A stretch of 64,000 bases of DNA from Pachysolen tannophilus NRRL Y-2460 (Eukaryota). Shown here in pieces: positions 11,364 to 23,100 of this stretch. Every line of letters starts with the position of its first letter. Within the stretch, counting starts at the first letter, position 1. The translations under genes and the position numbers were made by a program. The stretch is from NCBI GenBank assembly GCA_001661245.1, contig KV454014.1, forward strand, positions 227,559 to 291,558. Reading direction: 5' to 3'. The notes beneath the pieces were generated by a model. It saw only the letters and a program-made list of their open reading frames with translations, ran no database searches and was not told where the DNA came from.

Positions 11364-11383
11364 CCGCGTTGAAAATTACATCA
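11364..11383 (+). promoter_or_regulatory. Candidate a1-alpha2 operator just outside the SLA2 fragment
   Basis: CCGCGTTGAAAATTACATCA fits the 20-bp consensus TCRYGTNNWNANNTACATCA with one mismatch. Confidence 0.4.
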
Positions 11384-12046
11384 ATTTTTCTAGTTTATGT
11401 TTGATTTTTATATATCTAGATTTTATTTCTCAATTTTTGTCCCCTGTTCGATTATTTTTGTGAAATGATGTCTATTTACAATCATTTTTGATAGATGGAG
11501 TAGCAAATAAATTTGTATTTTGTGCTGTGAAAGAGGTTGTGGTTAGTGTAATTTGTTTGCGCCAGTGGGATTCGTCTCTGAGGAATGTTACTGTTAATTT
11601 ACATGTTCTTTCCAAATTTTCACACGGAACATCGCTTTAGTAGGGATTGTTGATTGATATCTATATCTCAAACCAGCACAAATTGAAGGCCATAATTGTA
11701 TAGCAAAGTTTTGGCACACTCTCTTGATGGTGAACGTTGAACGTTACGATAATTGGTCACTGTAATTTGAAGTTTTTGAGGCAACTTTCTTATTGAGGTT
11801 ATACGTGTCAGTAATTAACGCTATACTGTTTTTTGTCGTGCAGTTTCTAGTTGACAGAAATGTCACAGCATCCGAAACAAATTTAAGAAATAATTAATTT
11901 TATTTTTTATTTTTTTACGGATTCTTCGCGAAAGAGCTGACATCTTATTCATTGGTGAGGAAAGATTTTCCAAATAGTAAGTAGTACCTAGCTAGTATAC
12001 AATTAACTTGGAATAAATGATACACATAATTATGTATATAAAATAA

Positions 12047-13681
12047 ATGTTTGCATTGCTAAGGAGAAATTTATTTGGGAAATCAATAATTTACAAGATT
12101 TATCATCGAAGTAAATATACTTTGAATGAAAATGGACTGACTGTTAACAAATTTCAGTTGCCGACCTCATATGAAGATTTTATAAAATATGTTAGATCTA
12201 ACCCTGGAGCATTTTTTCCTTATTCAGTTTATTCTAATATTTTAAATAATCATTTGATTAATTTGGACAAGAAGAAGCTAAATGTTTTGAGGGAATTTAT
12301 CGAAGTATTCAAAAATGATAAGAGATTATCTTCTGTCGAGTTACTGGATTTACATAATTTGGTAATCACCAGGTTTACTAATATTGATTATTCAGTAGCT
12401 ACAATGGCAAGTTTGGAGCTTAAAAAATTAGTTAAAGATCATGAAAATCACACAAATCTACGATTAATGAAGCCAACGTTAAGATCATTGATTGAAATTA
12501 TTAAGTATAATCCGGGCAGAGTTTCGTCATCCTGGGAAATATTTTCAAAGGAAATCGATAAAGATGATCAAATTTTGTCAGAGTTGGCAAATAAAAATAA
12601 GTTGCAAAATGAATTAGTAACTTTAATAATTGAGAAATTATTATATGGCGATTTTTGTGAAAAAGAAGATAAATTTAAGATCGATGCCAAAAATTTATCG
12701 AGAATAGAATATTTAATACATAAATATAATCGTACTCAAGTTTTATCCGAAAATTTACAATTAGACTTGGTTAAGGCTTGTATTGATTTGAAGTCTATTC
12801 CTATTATTAAATCAATGAAAATATCTTCAAGCATTTTAGGTAAAATTTTACTAGATGATACCGTTACTTTATCGGATGATGAGTTTATTTCTATTTTTTC
12901 CATATATTTTCAATTGGAAAAATCATTTGTTAACTATGAATTGTTGTTTAAGGTCTTGCCGAAATTGGCTCTGCTGTCATCGGAAGCATCAACTCGAAAA
13001 AGTATTCAGAAAGAAAAAACTCAAATTATTTTCAATGAGGTTCAAGAAATGATCAAAAAATTGAAGTTAGATTCAGGGACTTCATATGATTCTGCAACTC
13101 TAAGGCAGATTTATATCCATTCATTAGGAATAGAGAATAATAATTTAAAAAAATCTTTAGAGATATTTCACCATTACCAGGCCACACAGAATTCTAATCT
13201 TAGCCAATTACACTTAACTATATCATTGGTATTTTGTTACCACTCGTGTCTTAAAAAAGACATCCATTTGATAAAGGCTGCAGAAGCTTTGCTACCAGGA
13301 GACATAATGTCAATTAAAAATATTCAAGCTTTTATATTAACATATGCTTTCAATTGTCAGCCTGAAAAATCTTTGGAAATTTATAATAGTTATATTAAGG
13401 ATATTTCCACTGAAAATAATGAACAATATCAAGTTTCTCCAGCTGCTTTATTAACAGAAAGTTTGATCTTGGGTTATTTATATAACTTAGATAGAGAATT
13501 TGCTTATTTAGTGAATGATGGCGCTTTGACCAATAAAATTGTCGAAGGACCAACAGCAATCAACAGAATAAAAAAGTTATTCAAGTTATATGGAGATGCT
13601 TTTGAAGAAGAAGACCCAGAGAAAGCCAAGGAAATCATTGGGTTGCTGTTGTTGAAAAACTTCAAGATAGGAGAACACTAA
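12047..13681 (+). CDS. Uncharacterised protein, probably mitochondrial and helical-repeat-like
   Basis: 544-aa ORF; basic N-terminus without acidic residues (MFALLRRNLFGKSIIYKIYHRSKY) resembles a presequence; no family recognised. Confidence 0.7.
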   Translation: MFALLRRNLFGKSIIYKIYHRSKYTLNENGLTVNKFQLPTSYEDFIKYVRSNPGAFFPYSVYSNILNNHLINLDKKKLNVLREFIEVFKNDKRLSSVELLDLHNLVITRFTNIDYSVATMASLELKKLVKDHENHTNLRLMKPTLRSLIEIIKYNPGRVSSSWEIFSKEIDKDDQILSELANKNKLQNELVTLIIEKLLYGDFCEKEDKFKIDAKNLSRIEYLIHKYNRTQVLSENLQLDLVKACIDLKSIPIIKSMKISSSILGKILLDDTVTLSDDEFISIFSIYFQLEKSFVNYELLFKVLPKLALLSSEASTRKSIQKEKTQIIFNEVQEMIKKLKLDSGTSYDSATLRQIYIHSLGIENNNLKKSLEIFHHYQATQNSNLSQLHLTISLVFCYHSCLKKDIHLIKAAEALLPGDIMSIKNIQAFILTYAFNCQPEKSLEIYNSYIKDISTENNEQYQVSPAALLTESLILGYLYNLDREFAYLVNDGALTNKIVEGPTAINRIKKLFKLYGDAFEEEDPEKAKEIIGLLLLKNFKIGEH

Positions 13682-13851
13682 CTATAAAACTTCAACTTAT
13701 CAAATAGTGGCTGGTAAAAGTGGTCAACAATTCAAAATTGGACATTTATAATGAACTAAGCCTTATTATTCCTTTTTAAGAAGGATTTTTTCACGAGTGT
13801 GGCTATACAACGGAAATATCAAAAAAAAAAAAAATTTTTAAAAATTTTTTT

Positions 13852-14256
13852 NNNNNNNNNNNNNNNNNNNNNNNNNNNNNNNNNNNNNNNNNNNNNNNNN
13901 NNNNNNNNNNNNNNNNNNNNNNNNNNNNNNNNNNNNNNNNNNNNNNNNNNNNNNNNNNNNNNNNNNNNNNNNNNNNNNNNNNNNNNNNNNNNNNNNNNNN
14001 NNNNNNNNNNNNNNNNNNNNNNNNNNNNNNNNNNNNNNNNNNNNNNNNNNNNNNNNNNNNNNNNNNNNNNNNNNNNNNNNNNNNNNNNNNNNNNNNNNNN
14101 NNNNNNNNNNNNNNNNNNNNNNNNNNNNNNNNNNNNNNNNNNNNNNNNNNNNNNNNNNNNNNNNNNNNNNNNNNNNNNNNNNNNNNNNNNNNNNNNNNNN
14201 NNNNNNNNNNNNNNNNNNNNNNNNNNNNNNNNNNNNNNNNNNNNNNNNNNNNNNNN
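13852..14256. other. Assembly gap (405 N) flanked by long A/T homopolymers
   Basis: Run of N in the sequence. Confidence 0.99.
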
Positions 14257-14264
14257 AAAAAAAG

Positions 14265-14296
<32 letters not shown>

Positions 14297-14357
14297 TTTT
14301 TTTTTTTTTTCGGTTTTCCAAATTTTCAAAATTTCCAGCATGAATTTTGTCCTGTGT

Positions 14358-14364
14358 TGACTCA
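14358..14364 (+). promoter_or_regulatory. Gcn4/AP-1-type site upstream of MET14
   Basis: Perfect TGACTCA ~100 bp before the ATG of a sulfur-assimilation gene. Confidence 0.35.
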
Positions 14365-14460
14365 GAGGTTTTATACAATCAATATATTTTTGTTGTTGCT
14401 ATTGTTGTTGTTGTATTGTACTTTGTAGGTTAAAAATATACGCATAAATTAATTTCGAAA

Positions 14461-15063
14461 ATGGCAAGTAATATAACATGGCATCCAAATCTTTCCTATG
14501 AGGAGCGTAGGGCTTTGAGAAAACAGTCTGGAGCAACTGTTTGGTTAACAGGTTTAAGTGCGTCAGGTAAAAGTACTATTGCATGTGCCTTGGAGCAATT
14601 CTTACTCCAAAAAGGTATCTCAGTTTATAGACTTGATGGTGACAATATCAGATTTGGTTTAAATAAAGATTTGGGATTTTCTGAGACGGACAGAAATGAA
14701 AATATTCGTCGTATTTCTGAAGTTGCAAAATTGTTTTCTGATTCATGTTCTATTGCAGTTACCTCTTTTATTTCTCCATATAAAATTGATAGAGATAGAG
14801 CTAGAGAATTACACAAGGAAGCAAACTTACCATTTGTTGAAGTATTTATCGATGTTCCAGTTGAAGTTGCTGAACAAAGAGATCCAAAGGGGTTGTATAA
14901 GAAAGCTAGAGAAGGAATTATTAAAAATTTCACTGGTATATCTGCTCCTTATGAAGCACCAGAAAATCCAGAGTTACATTTGAAAACAGATGAATTAACT
15001 GTTGAAGAAAGTGCACAGAAAATTGTTGATTACTTGGTTAAAGAAGGATTAGTTTTTTTCTAG
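14461..15063 (+). CDS. MET14: Adenylyl-sulfate (APS) kinase
   Basis: MASNITWH...[16 protein letters not shown]-loop, [40 protein letters not shown]. Confidence 0.97.
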   Translation: MASNITWHPNLSYEERRALRKQSGATVWLTGLSASGKSTIACALEQFLLQKGISVYRLDGDNIRFGLNKDLGFSETDRNENIRRISEVAKLFSDSCSIAVTSFISPYKIDRDRARELHKEANLPFVEVFIDVPVEVAEQRDPKGLYKKAREGIIKNFTGISAPYEAPENPELHLKTDELTVEESAQKIVDYLVKEGLVFF

Positions 15064-15293
15064 AAGAAAATAACCAAATCAATCAATGTATTTTATACTC
15101 TTTTTAGATTTGTTTTTGCTTTTGCTGCTCAATGTTCATAGTTATATATAATCATTTCATTACAGGCTATTAAAAAAAAAAAAAAACTTCATAGACATCA
15201 TGAATGTTTCAAAATTATACATTTTTCAATTTCTATTTTTACGGGAACTGGATCCTTTACCCAAAGTATATCATATAATTATACGTTTTTCTA

Positions 15294-16529
15294 TTATTTA
15301 TTTGTTTTTCCTTTTCTTTTAGACAATAACATTTTAATGGCAACTAACCATTTTATCAATTCATCTTCATTTTCCACACTAAAACGAATTCTCTTTTTAG
15401 TGGTGATGATTAGTAAACACCAATTTTTAGTTTTCGATAATGGGTCCAATTCAACAATATCCAATACATCATCCATTAGAATTATCTTGGCAGGTTTTTC
15501 TGATCTTAATTTTTCAGAAAAATTAGAATTTGCAAAATTCGAACCTTGATCTTTATAGAAAATCAATCTTTTGTTTGTTAAAATTATATAAAACCTTTTC
15601 CACTGATTGTAACGCTTATATAATCTTTTCATTTCACCTTTTTCTATTATTATTTCATGTTTAGCTGAAGAACTTAAATAATCATCTTTCAAGTCTCCTT
15701 CTTTATTATTTTGAGATTCTTCTACTAGTCCCAGTTTTTCCTTTAATAGTTCTGCTTTTATTTTAAGTCTTTCTTTTTCAACTTTTTCCTGATCAAGCCC
15801 ATTTTCATTTATTATTGGTAAAATGGGTTGTTGAGATTGTTGATGAGTTAGATTAGAATCAGACGCATTAGAAATATAATTATTATCATCCACTCCACTG
15901 AATTGATCATTTGATGAGTTATTCTGATAAATAAATGGAGGTGGATCTTTTTCAAGTGGAATTGGACTTTCAGCAATATCATCATGATCACTTTGATTAT
16001 TTCCATTTCCATTTCCATTTCTATTTTCATTTTCATTTTCATTTTCATCTTCATCTTCATGACTTTTATTTTCGGGTTCTAAAACTTCTTCAAAACTTTC
16101 ATTATTATAATCAATGACGCTTCGTAAACCTGCAACCCATCTTTGCATTGTATCTTTATCCTCTGCATATAATTGGAACTCTTTATGACTTGTATGGATC
16201 TTAAAATAATATTTATTTGAATGATGATGATTTGTATTGTCATCCACATTAAAGGATAATAAATTTGAACCATTTATCACTCCTAAAGGTTTATGTTCCT
16301 GAGAATCTTTATAATACGATAATTGACAATTTCTTAGCACAAACCATCTTTTCTTATAATTATGATATTTTGAAGATTTTTTATGAAGGTAAGAAGATAC
16401 AATCAATTTATTTGGATTTTCAATTTGTTCTTTATTCAATTTTTTAATTTCTTCTATATCATTTGTCTTATCTTGAATAAATGTATGGTGTTGATGATTA
16501 TGATAAAGCTTAGGAATTAAGCCTTTCAT
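15294..16529 (-). CDS. OPY1: Tandem PH-domain protein, Opy1-like
   Basis: Two PH domains (SSYLHKKSSK...KKRWFVLRNCQLSYYK...RWVAGL; YNQWKRFYIILTNKRLIFYK...DIVELDPLSKTKNWCLLIIT...KWLVAIK); first ATG at 16529. Confidence 0.8.
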   Translation of the reverse strand: MKGLIPKLYHNHQHHTFIQDKTNDIEEIKKLNKEQIENPNKLIVSSYLHKKSSKYHNYKKRWFVLRNCQLSYYKDSQEHKPLGVINGSNLLSFNVDDNTNHHHSNKYYFKIHTSHKEFQLYAEDKDTMQRWVAGLRSVIDYNNESFEEVLEPENKSHEDEDENENENENRNGNGNGNNQSDHDDIAESPIPLEKDPPPFIYQNNSSNDQFSGVDDNNYISNASDSNLTHQQSQQPILPIINENGLDQEKVEKERLKIKAELLKEKLGLVEESQNNKEGDLKDDYLSSSAKHEIIIEKGEMKRLYKRYNQWKRFYIILTNKRLIFYKDQGSNFANSNFSEKLRSEKPAKIILMDDVLDIVELDPLSKTKNWCLLIITTKKRIRFSVENEDELIKWLVAIKMLLSKRKGKTNK

Positions 16530-17624
16530 TTCCACTAGAGTTCAATTTAACAACTGAATAAATAAATACTTATCGTATATAGATATATATATATATATAT
16601 ATTTTAATAATATAATATATTAACAAAACTCATTTGTTTAGTTTGTTTAGTTTTATGGTTCGGTTTAGCTTCATAATAATCAAGAAATTCAAAAGGTCGT
16701 TCACAAAACTTTTAAAAAACCATAAAATTTCCTAATTCGGAAGAGCGCCTAAGAGATTGTTTGAATCAAACTACAAATTTACAACTACGAATTACCATGA
16801 TTTAGCAATAGAGTAATTAAATCACTTCATAATAGTTTAACTGAGCTTAGCTAAAAGAAGAAATGCTTAGGTTATAGAAAAATTACTGTATATCAATTTA
16901 TTGTATATTTGTGTAAACTGTGCTTCAAGGTATTTTATAAGAATGAGTGCCAATTTATTTATTTATTTGTCTGTCTGTCTTTACAAAAATTGAAGAAGTA
17001 AGATGATATGTGATCTTTATCAGGAAAACAATAACACGACAAATTCCTATTTTTCCCAACTTCATTAATCTGAATCAGTCATGTTTAAATATCTATCAAA
17101 TGTCTTTTCAAATTTCCTTTATCTTTAATGATAAATGAATAAATAGTACCGTCATCAACGAAAAATTCTATAGATGCGGCTCGAGAGGACCGAATAAAAG
17201 AAGTACATTAATAATAATTAATACCTTATCTTTTGGATCCTTTAGATGAGATATCACGCAATTCAAACAAAGTGTATTTTTTTTTAATTTTTTTGCTTTT
17301 TTGGTGAGTCAACTTTAATGTAAGCACTATTTGTTTAAACTACAAGAAAGATCATTAAACTTTCATTCTACGAGTTGTCTCTTATGATGTACTATTATCT
17401 CTATAAGTAAACTGTTAAGAAAAAAAAAAATTTTTTTTTACTGAATGACCGGTTTCCAAAACTGGAGAAATAGAAAATGTTTAATACCTTTTGCAAATAA
17501 TAATTATTATTAATTTTTTTTTTTCTTTTCTGTTATAAATAAGGTAAAATTCGGTTATTTAAAGAGTCAGATTCTTTTTTAAAAAATTGTTCCAGAGACT
17601 TTAATAGTTTGAATATTGAGTATA

Positions 17625-19292
17625 ATGAACAATTTAGAATCTGGTTCCCGAAGAAAAAATTCCTTGGAAGATTCACATATTGAAGACCAGAATAATAGTA
17701 ATGGTAATAATACTACTAATAGTAATGTTGTTAAAAAACCTGATTTTTCAGCAAGGGCAATCAAGCATTATTTTGCTACAAGGTTTCCAGAGTTGATACC
17801 GTCAAAGGAAATTTTTCATGAAAATAAACAAATGTTGAATCCTTTCCCTGCTTTGAAGAAAATTCCTGGGAAACAATGGTTATTAATGTCTGCTGGTTTT
17901 TGGGCATGGACTTGGGATGCATTTGATTATTTTTCTGTTTCTTTAAATGTTTCTAAATTAGCTTCTGATTTTGATGTTTCTACAACAGATATAACTTGGG
18001 GTATTACTTTAGTGTTAATGTTGAGAACTGTAGGTGCTTTAATATTTGGATTTCTGGGAGATAGATATGGTAGAAAATGGGCATTAGTTGTTAATTTAAT
18101 TTGTATGTGTATTTTAGAAATTGGTACAGGTTTTATTAAAACTTATAGACAATTTTTAGGTATTAGAGCTTGTTTTGGAGTTATCATGGGTGGAGTTTAT
18201 GGTAATGCAGCAGCTACAGTTTTAGATGATTGTCCAGTTGATGCAAAAGGTTTTCTTAGTGGATTACTTCAACAAGGTTATGCATTTGGTTATTTATTGG
18301 CTGTTGTTTTCACAAGAGCTATTGCTGATACTACTTCAAAATCATGGAGAGCTTTATTTTGGTTTGCTGCAGGAATATGTTTTTTAATTATAATTTTTAG
18401 AAGTATATTACCAGAAACAACAGCTTTTAAAAAAAAAATTGCATTTGCTAAATATCAAAAAAATCATAATATTCTGCAATTAACTTTTAAAGAAAAAGCT
18501 CTTGTTTCTCTTAAAATTTATTGGTTGATGATGATTTATATGGTTTTATTAATGGCAGGTTTTAATTTCATGAGTCATGGTTCTCAAGATCTTTTCCCTA
18601 CTTTTTTAACAAAACAATTAAATTTTGGAGATAATAGATCAACTGTAACAAATTGTGTTGCTAATTTTGGTGCTCTTACAGGTGGTGTTGTTGTTGGACA
18701 TTTTTCAAATTTTGTTGGTAGAAGATTATCAGTAATAATTTGTTGTATTATTGGTGGTGCATTGATTTATCCATGGGCATTTGTTACAAACAATGGTATT
18801 GATGCTGCTGTTTTCTTCTTACAATTTATGGTTCAAGGTGCATGGGGAGTTATACCAATTCATTTAAGTGAATTATGTCCACCAGAATTTAGATCTTTAA
18901 TTGTTGGATTAGCATATCAATTAGGTAATTTAGCTTCTTCTGCTTCTTCTACAATTGAAACAAGAATAGGTGAAAGATTTCCAATGACAAATGAAGAAGG
19001 TGTTGAAATTTATGATTATGGTAAAGTTATGGCCATATTTATGGGATGTGTCTTTGGATACGTTTTATTAATGACTTTCTTAGGTCCAGAACATAGAGGT
19101 GCTAGTTTAGTAAGACAATTAGAAAAAGATGGTGAAGAAAAAGAAATCATAGCAGAAGTCAATGACCAAGAATTATTATTACAAGAAAAAAGAAATTCAA
19201 TTTCTTCAACTCCTGATACAGAAAGTTCAAATAAAGAGTTAGATGAAGATCTGCAAAAACTTGACCTGACAAAGTCTGATGTGGACGTGTAA
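17625..19292 (+). CDS. JEN1: Jen1-family carboxylate/H+ symporter (MFS)
   Basis: AWTWDAFDYF, TWGITLVLMLR, GDRYGRKW, NFMSHGSQDLFPT signature, QGAWGVIPIHLSEL, GLAYQLGNLASSASSTIE. Jen1 versus Jen2 subtype not resolved. Confidence 0.88.
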   Translation: MNNLESGSRRKNSLEDSHIEDQNNSNGNNTTNSNVVKKPDFSARAIKHYFATRFPELIPSKEIFHENKQMLNPFPALKKIPGKQWLLMSAGFWAWTWDAFDYFSVSLNVSKLASDFDVSTTDITWGITLVLMLRTVGALIFGFLGDRYGRKWALVVNLICMCILEIGTGFIKTYRQFLGIRACFGVIMGGVYGNAAATVLDDCPVDAKGFLSGLLQQGYAFGYLLAVVFTRAIADTTSKSWRALFWFAAGICFLIIIFRSILPETTAFKKKIAFAKYQKNHNILQLTFKEKALVSLKIYWLMMIYMVLLMAGFNFMSHGSQDLFPTFLTKQLNFGDNRSTVTNCVANFGALTGGVVVGHFSNFVGRRLSVIICCIIGGALIYPWAFVTNNGIDAAVFFLQFMVQGAWGVIPIHLSELCPPEFRSLIVGLAYQLGNLASSASSTIETRIGERFPMTNEEGVEIYDYGKVMAIFMGCVFGYVLLMTFLGPEHRGASLVRQLEKDGEEKEIIAEVNDQELLLQEKRNSISSTPDTESSNKELDEDLQKLDLTKSDVDV

Positions 19293-19581
19293 AAAACACA
19301 CACAAAATTATACCCGCTTTTTTCCTCATTAATTTTTTAACTTAACTTATTATTAACTCTTAACACAAATTTATAAACTTTTACAATCATAAAAAAAGAA
19401 AAACAACTAATAACTAATATTTATTATATATATTATCCACGACTTTCTTTAATCTATTTAATTTTTAATTTAATTTTTAATTTAATTTTTCTTTTTTCTT
19501 TGTTATCATAAAATATAATAATTTAAAATAATAAAAAAAAATTATGATTACATAATTTTTAAAACGGGCTTGAAACTTTCT

Positions 19582-19589
19582 CCGGGTAA
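19582..19589 (+). promoter_or_regulatory. Reb1-type site upstream of STE20
   Basis: CCGGGTAA next to poly(dA) tracts. Confidence 0.35.
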
Positions 19590-20179
19590 CTACAGTTTCC
19601 GGTTTGGAGAGGAAAGACCCGCAAAAAAAAATTAAGTAAAAGAAGAAAAAGAAGAAAAAAGAAAAATAGTACCCGGTTATCAAGAGGTACTCATACTATT
19701 ATATACCAATATCTGCCAAGAGTAGTTGTAGTAAATAGTATTCTTTCTTTCTTTGAAGTCGCCTCACATTTCCGTAAATCAAAATTATTAGAAAAAATAC
19801 CTCACAAAAAACGAAAGGAGGTCGAAACAAGAGGAAAAAAAAAACAAAAGAAAAAATAAAAAAAAAAAACTAAAAGTAAAACCTATCGGCGCGTAAATTA
19901 ATTAGTTTCTAACAAGAATCAAATTCAATAATAAATAGATTTGTTGAAGAATTGAAGAGAGGAAAAGAAAGATTTCATTATCAATTTATTAATTATCGAT
20001 ACTGGAGTTTATTATTTATTTTTTTTTCTTTTTTTTTTTTTTTTTTTTTGGGTTTTTGTTTTTTGTTCTCTTGTTGTATTTTATCTATTAATTTTTCTTT
20101 CTTTGCAAATGGGTTTGGGTTTTACAGTTAATTAAACAAATAACAAAAGAAGAATATAACAAACCGTTCATTATAGACT

Positions 20180-23100
20180 ATGTCTTCAGCAATTACGAAT
20201 CAAAACAATGAAAATATAAATAGCGAGGGTAATGATGCAACAGCTGATTTAGGATCAAAAAATAATATTGATCCTCAATCAAAAACTACAGTTGTTTCTC
20301 CAACTTCATTACCAAGATTTAGAGGTACTTTGCATGTTAACGCTTTAACAAGTAGGGAGAATGAATTGATTAATAATTTGAAGTATTCAGAGCTTCTTGG
20401 AAATAAAGTAAATGAGATTTCTCAAAGTGAAGATGGTGAAGAAGATGGATTAATATCTCCACTGGAAGAGCGTCATAGATCAAAAACTTTAGATCCTTCG
20501 AAATTGGAAAATACTGATGATTTTTTAGAATCTAGCGGTGTTGATGATGAGAATTTAAGTACTGATTTGGAAAATTCAACAAATCTCGAACAGGATTCTT
20601 TAAGATTTTCTGGAGAAGATGAAGAAGAAGAAGAAGAATTTTTTGCTGAAGAAAATGATATAAGTTTAGGTACCGCCAATCAAGCAGAGTTTGTCTCTTC
20701 AAAAGTTTCCTCTCATTCAGTGAAAGTAAGCAATAGCAGCAATGATATTAGACCATTTCTCAATAGTAATCATACTTCTGCTACTTCTGCTACTCCAAAT
20801 TCTACTGCTCCAACTGGTGCTCCAGCTGGTGATACAACACCTGATGATACCACAACTGCAGCTGTTGCAATAACAACAACCAATACTACCGATAATACCA
20901 CTACTACTATACACGGAAATGCATCACCATCATTATCAGAAGAAAAAAACAAGGCAGGTCCAATTTCGAGAAATTCAAATGCAAATTCTTATACTTATCC
21001 TAGAGATTCAAGTCACTCAGGTCAAGTGAATCAAATTATAGATTCTTTTTTACAAAGTAGTTCTAACAATTCATCTACTGATAATATAACAGATAGCATT
21101 AGTATTCCTTCTCAAAATATAGAAGGTCTGAACCGTTCATTGAATAATGAGAATGCTGAAGAAGAGCAATCAGAACAGGATGTTGAAGAAGAACCAGTAA
21201 ATGCCCATAATGGTACTCCAGAACCTGAAGCAGATTTAAGTAACAACACAATAGAAACAACAGTTGTACCAAAATCACCTTATGCTGAAAAAAATTCAAA
21301 AACGAGAAACTCATCACTGCTGTCTTCAACAATGTCTACTGATTCCCAAATTCCAGTAACTCCTTATTTACAACAAATTCAAGAGTTTGGTAATAATAAT
21401 ACTTCTTCAACTACTAAGAATTCACTTTCGAATAATTCAATAACGGCGTCAGCAGGTGCTTCTACTCCTAATAAATCGGGATATGCTTCCCCAATAAATC
21501 TTAAAAATTCAGGATATCATTCACCAAAAGCTCAACTTCCAACAAGTCAAAATAATCTTACTGTCAATAATAACAATTTTAGTAACAACAGCGTTAATGG
21601 ATCTTCGATGAAGAAAAGAAGAAGTGGCAGTAAGGTAAGAGGGGTTTTCTCTAATTTAGTTCAAAGCATGAAAAGTGGAAGCTCAAATGCATCAGATACA
21701 AAACGTGAAAGTCCAAAGATTTCAACACCTTACGACGCTAAACTTGTTCGTCACGTTGGTATTGATAAACAAACAGGAAGATTTACAGGATTGCCTGATG
21801 AATGGGTGAGCATATTGTCTGCTAGTGGTATAAGTAAGATGGAACAAGAAGAAAACCCTGAGGCCGTTATGACAGCTTTCAAATTTTATAAAGATGTCTA
21901 TAATAATGAAACTCCTGATGATGTGGCATTCCATAAAATGGATAACGTGAAAACGAATGAGAGGATTAGTATTAAAACTCCATTGAATCAAACAGGCGAG
22001 TTTAGCGCGTTATCGTCGAACACAGAGAATATCACTGGAAATGACCATTTAACTTCAGATTTCCAATCGGCTCCATATAAGTCACCATCCCTTAACCTTC
22101 AGAAATCACAAAATTCCCCTAAACATGAAGATTTAAAAAGTCCTTATAGATACACGGATACCAATGCTAGTGATTCATTTATTCCATCAAGGCCTCCGCC
22201 TAAACCTCCAGCTTCATCAAAGGCTCCTTCGCCTCGTGTTCCTGCTGTTCTTTCTTCACCACCGACAATGTCAGCACTGCCGCAACAACCTCAACCTATA
22301 CAACAATCGCCATCATCTATTTTTGGTTCAATTTCAAGAAAGATATCGGTAAGATCAAATTCAAGTCACCAGCGACAGACCCCATCTACCGTATCTTCTC
22401 AGGTTTATCAGCAAAATTCTCAAAAGGGAAACAATATTCAGCTTTCCTCACCCCATCAACTCTCATCAAATCAAAATTTGAAACCAAGCAGACCTCCACC
22501 TCCTGTTCCTTCTAAGTCAAACGAATCTGAAAAAGTCTTATTACGTCAACAACAACAGCAACAGCAACAACTTCCTGAAAGAATACCCCCACCTCATGAA
22601 TTTGAACGTTCAGTTCATCTGCCTCCACCTATTCCTAAAAATGATAATAAACCAGTACGCGATTCAAAACAAGCGGCTTTAATAGCAGCACGCAGAAGAG
22701 AAGAAAAGAAAAAGAAAGATCAATTAATTTACGCAAAATTAACAACAATTTGTACCTTAGGTGATCCATCTAGAGTTTATCGCAACTTTGTGAAAATTGG
22801 TCAAGGTGCCTCAGGTGGTGTTTACACTGCTTATGAAGTTGGCACTAACAAATGTGTTGCTATAAAACAGATGAACTTAGAACAGCAACCGAAGAAAGAA
22901 TTAATTATTAACGAAATTTTGGTTATGAAAGGAAGTAGGCATAAGAATATTGTTAATTTTATTGATTCGTATTTGTTGAAAAAAGATTTATGGGTTATTA
23001 TGGAATACATGGAAGGTGGATCATTAACTGATATCGTTACGCATAGTGTTATGAGTGAAAAGCAAATAGGTGTTGTTTGTAGAGAAACACTTGAAGGGTT

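Noticed and set aside
11200..11900. Solo LTR or transposon remnant next to the MAT repeat
   Set aside because: A TGTTG is present but no matching terminal CAACA or target-site duplication was identified.
13799..14428. ORFs spanning the N run
   Set aside because: Artefacts of translating the assembly gap and flanking homopolymers.
15848..16117. MKMKMK / HFHFHF ORFs
   Set aside because: Alternative-frame readings of hexanucleotide repeats within OPY1.
17001..17075. Box C/D-like ATGAT...CTGA in the JEN1 promoter
   Set aside because: Poor box C and no recognisable rRNA-complementary guide.
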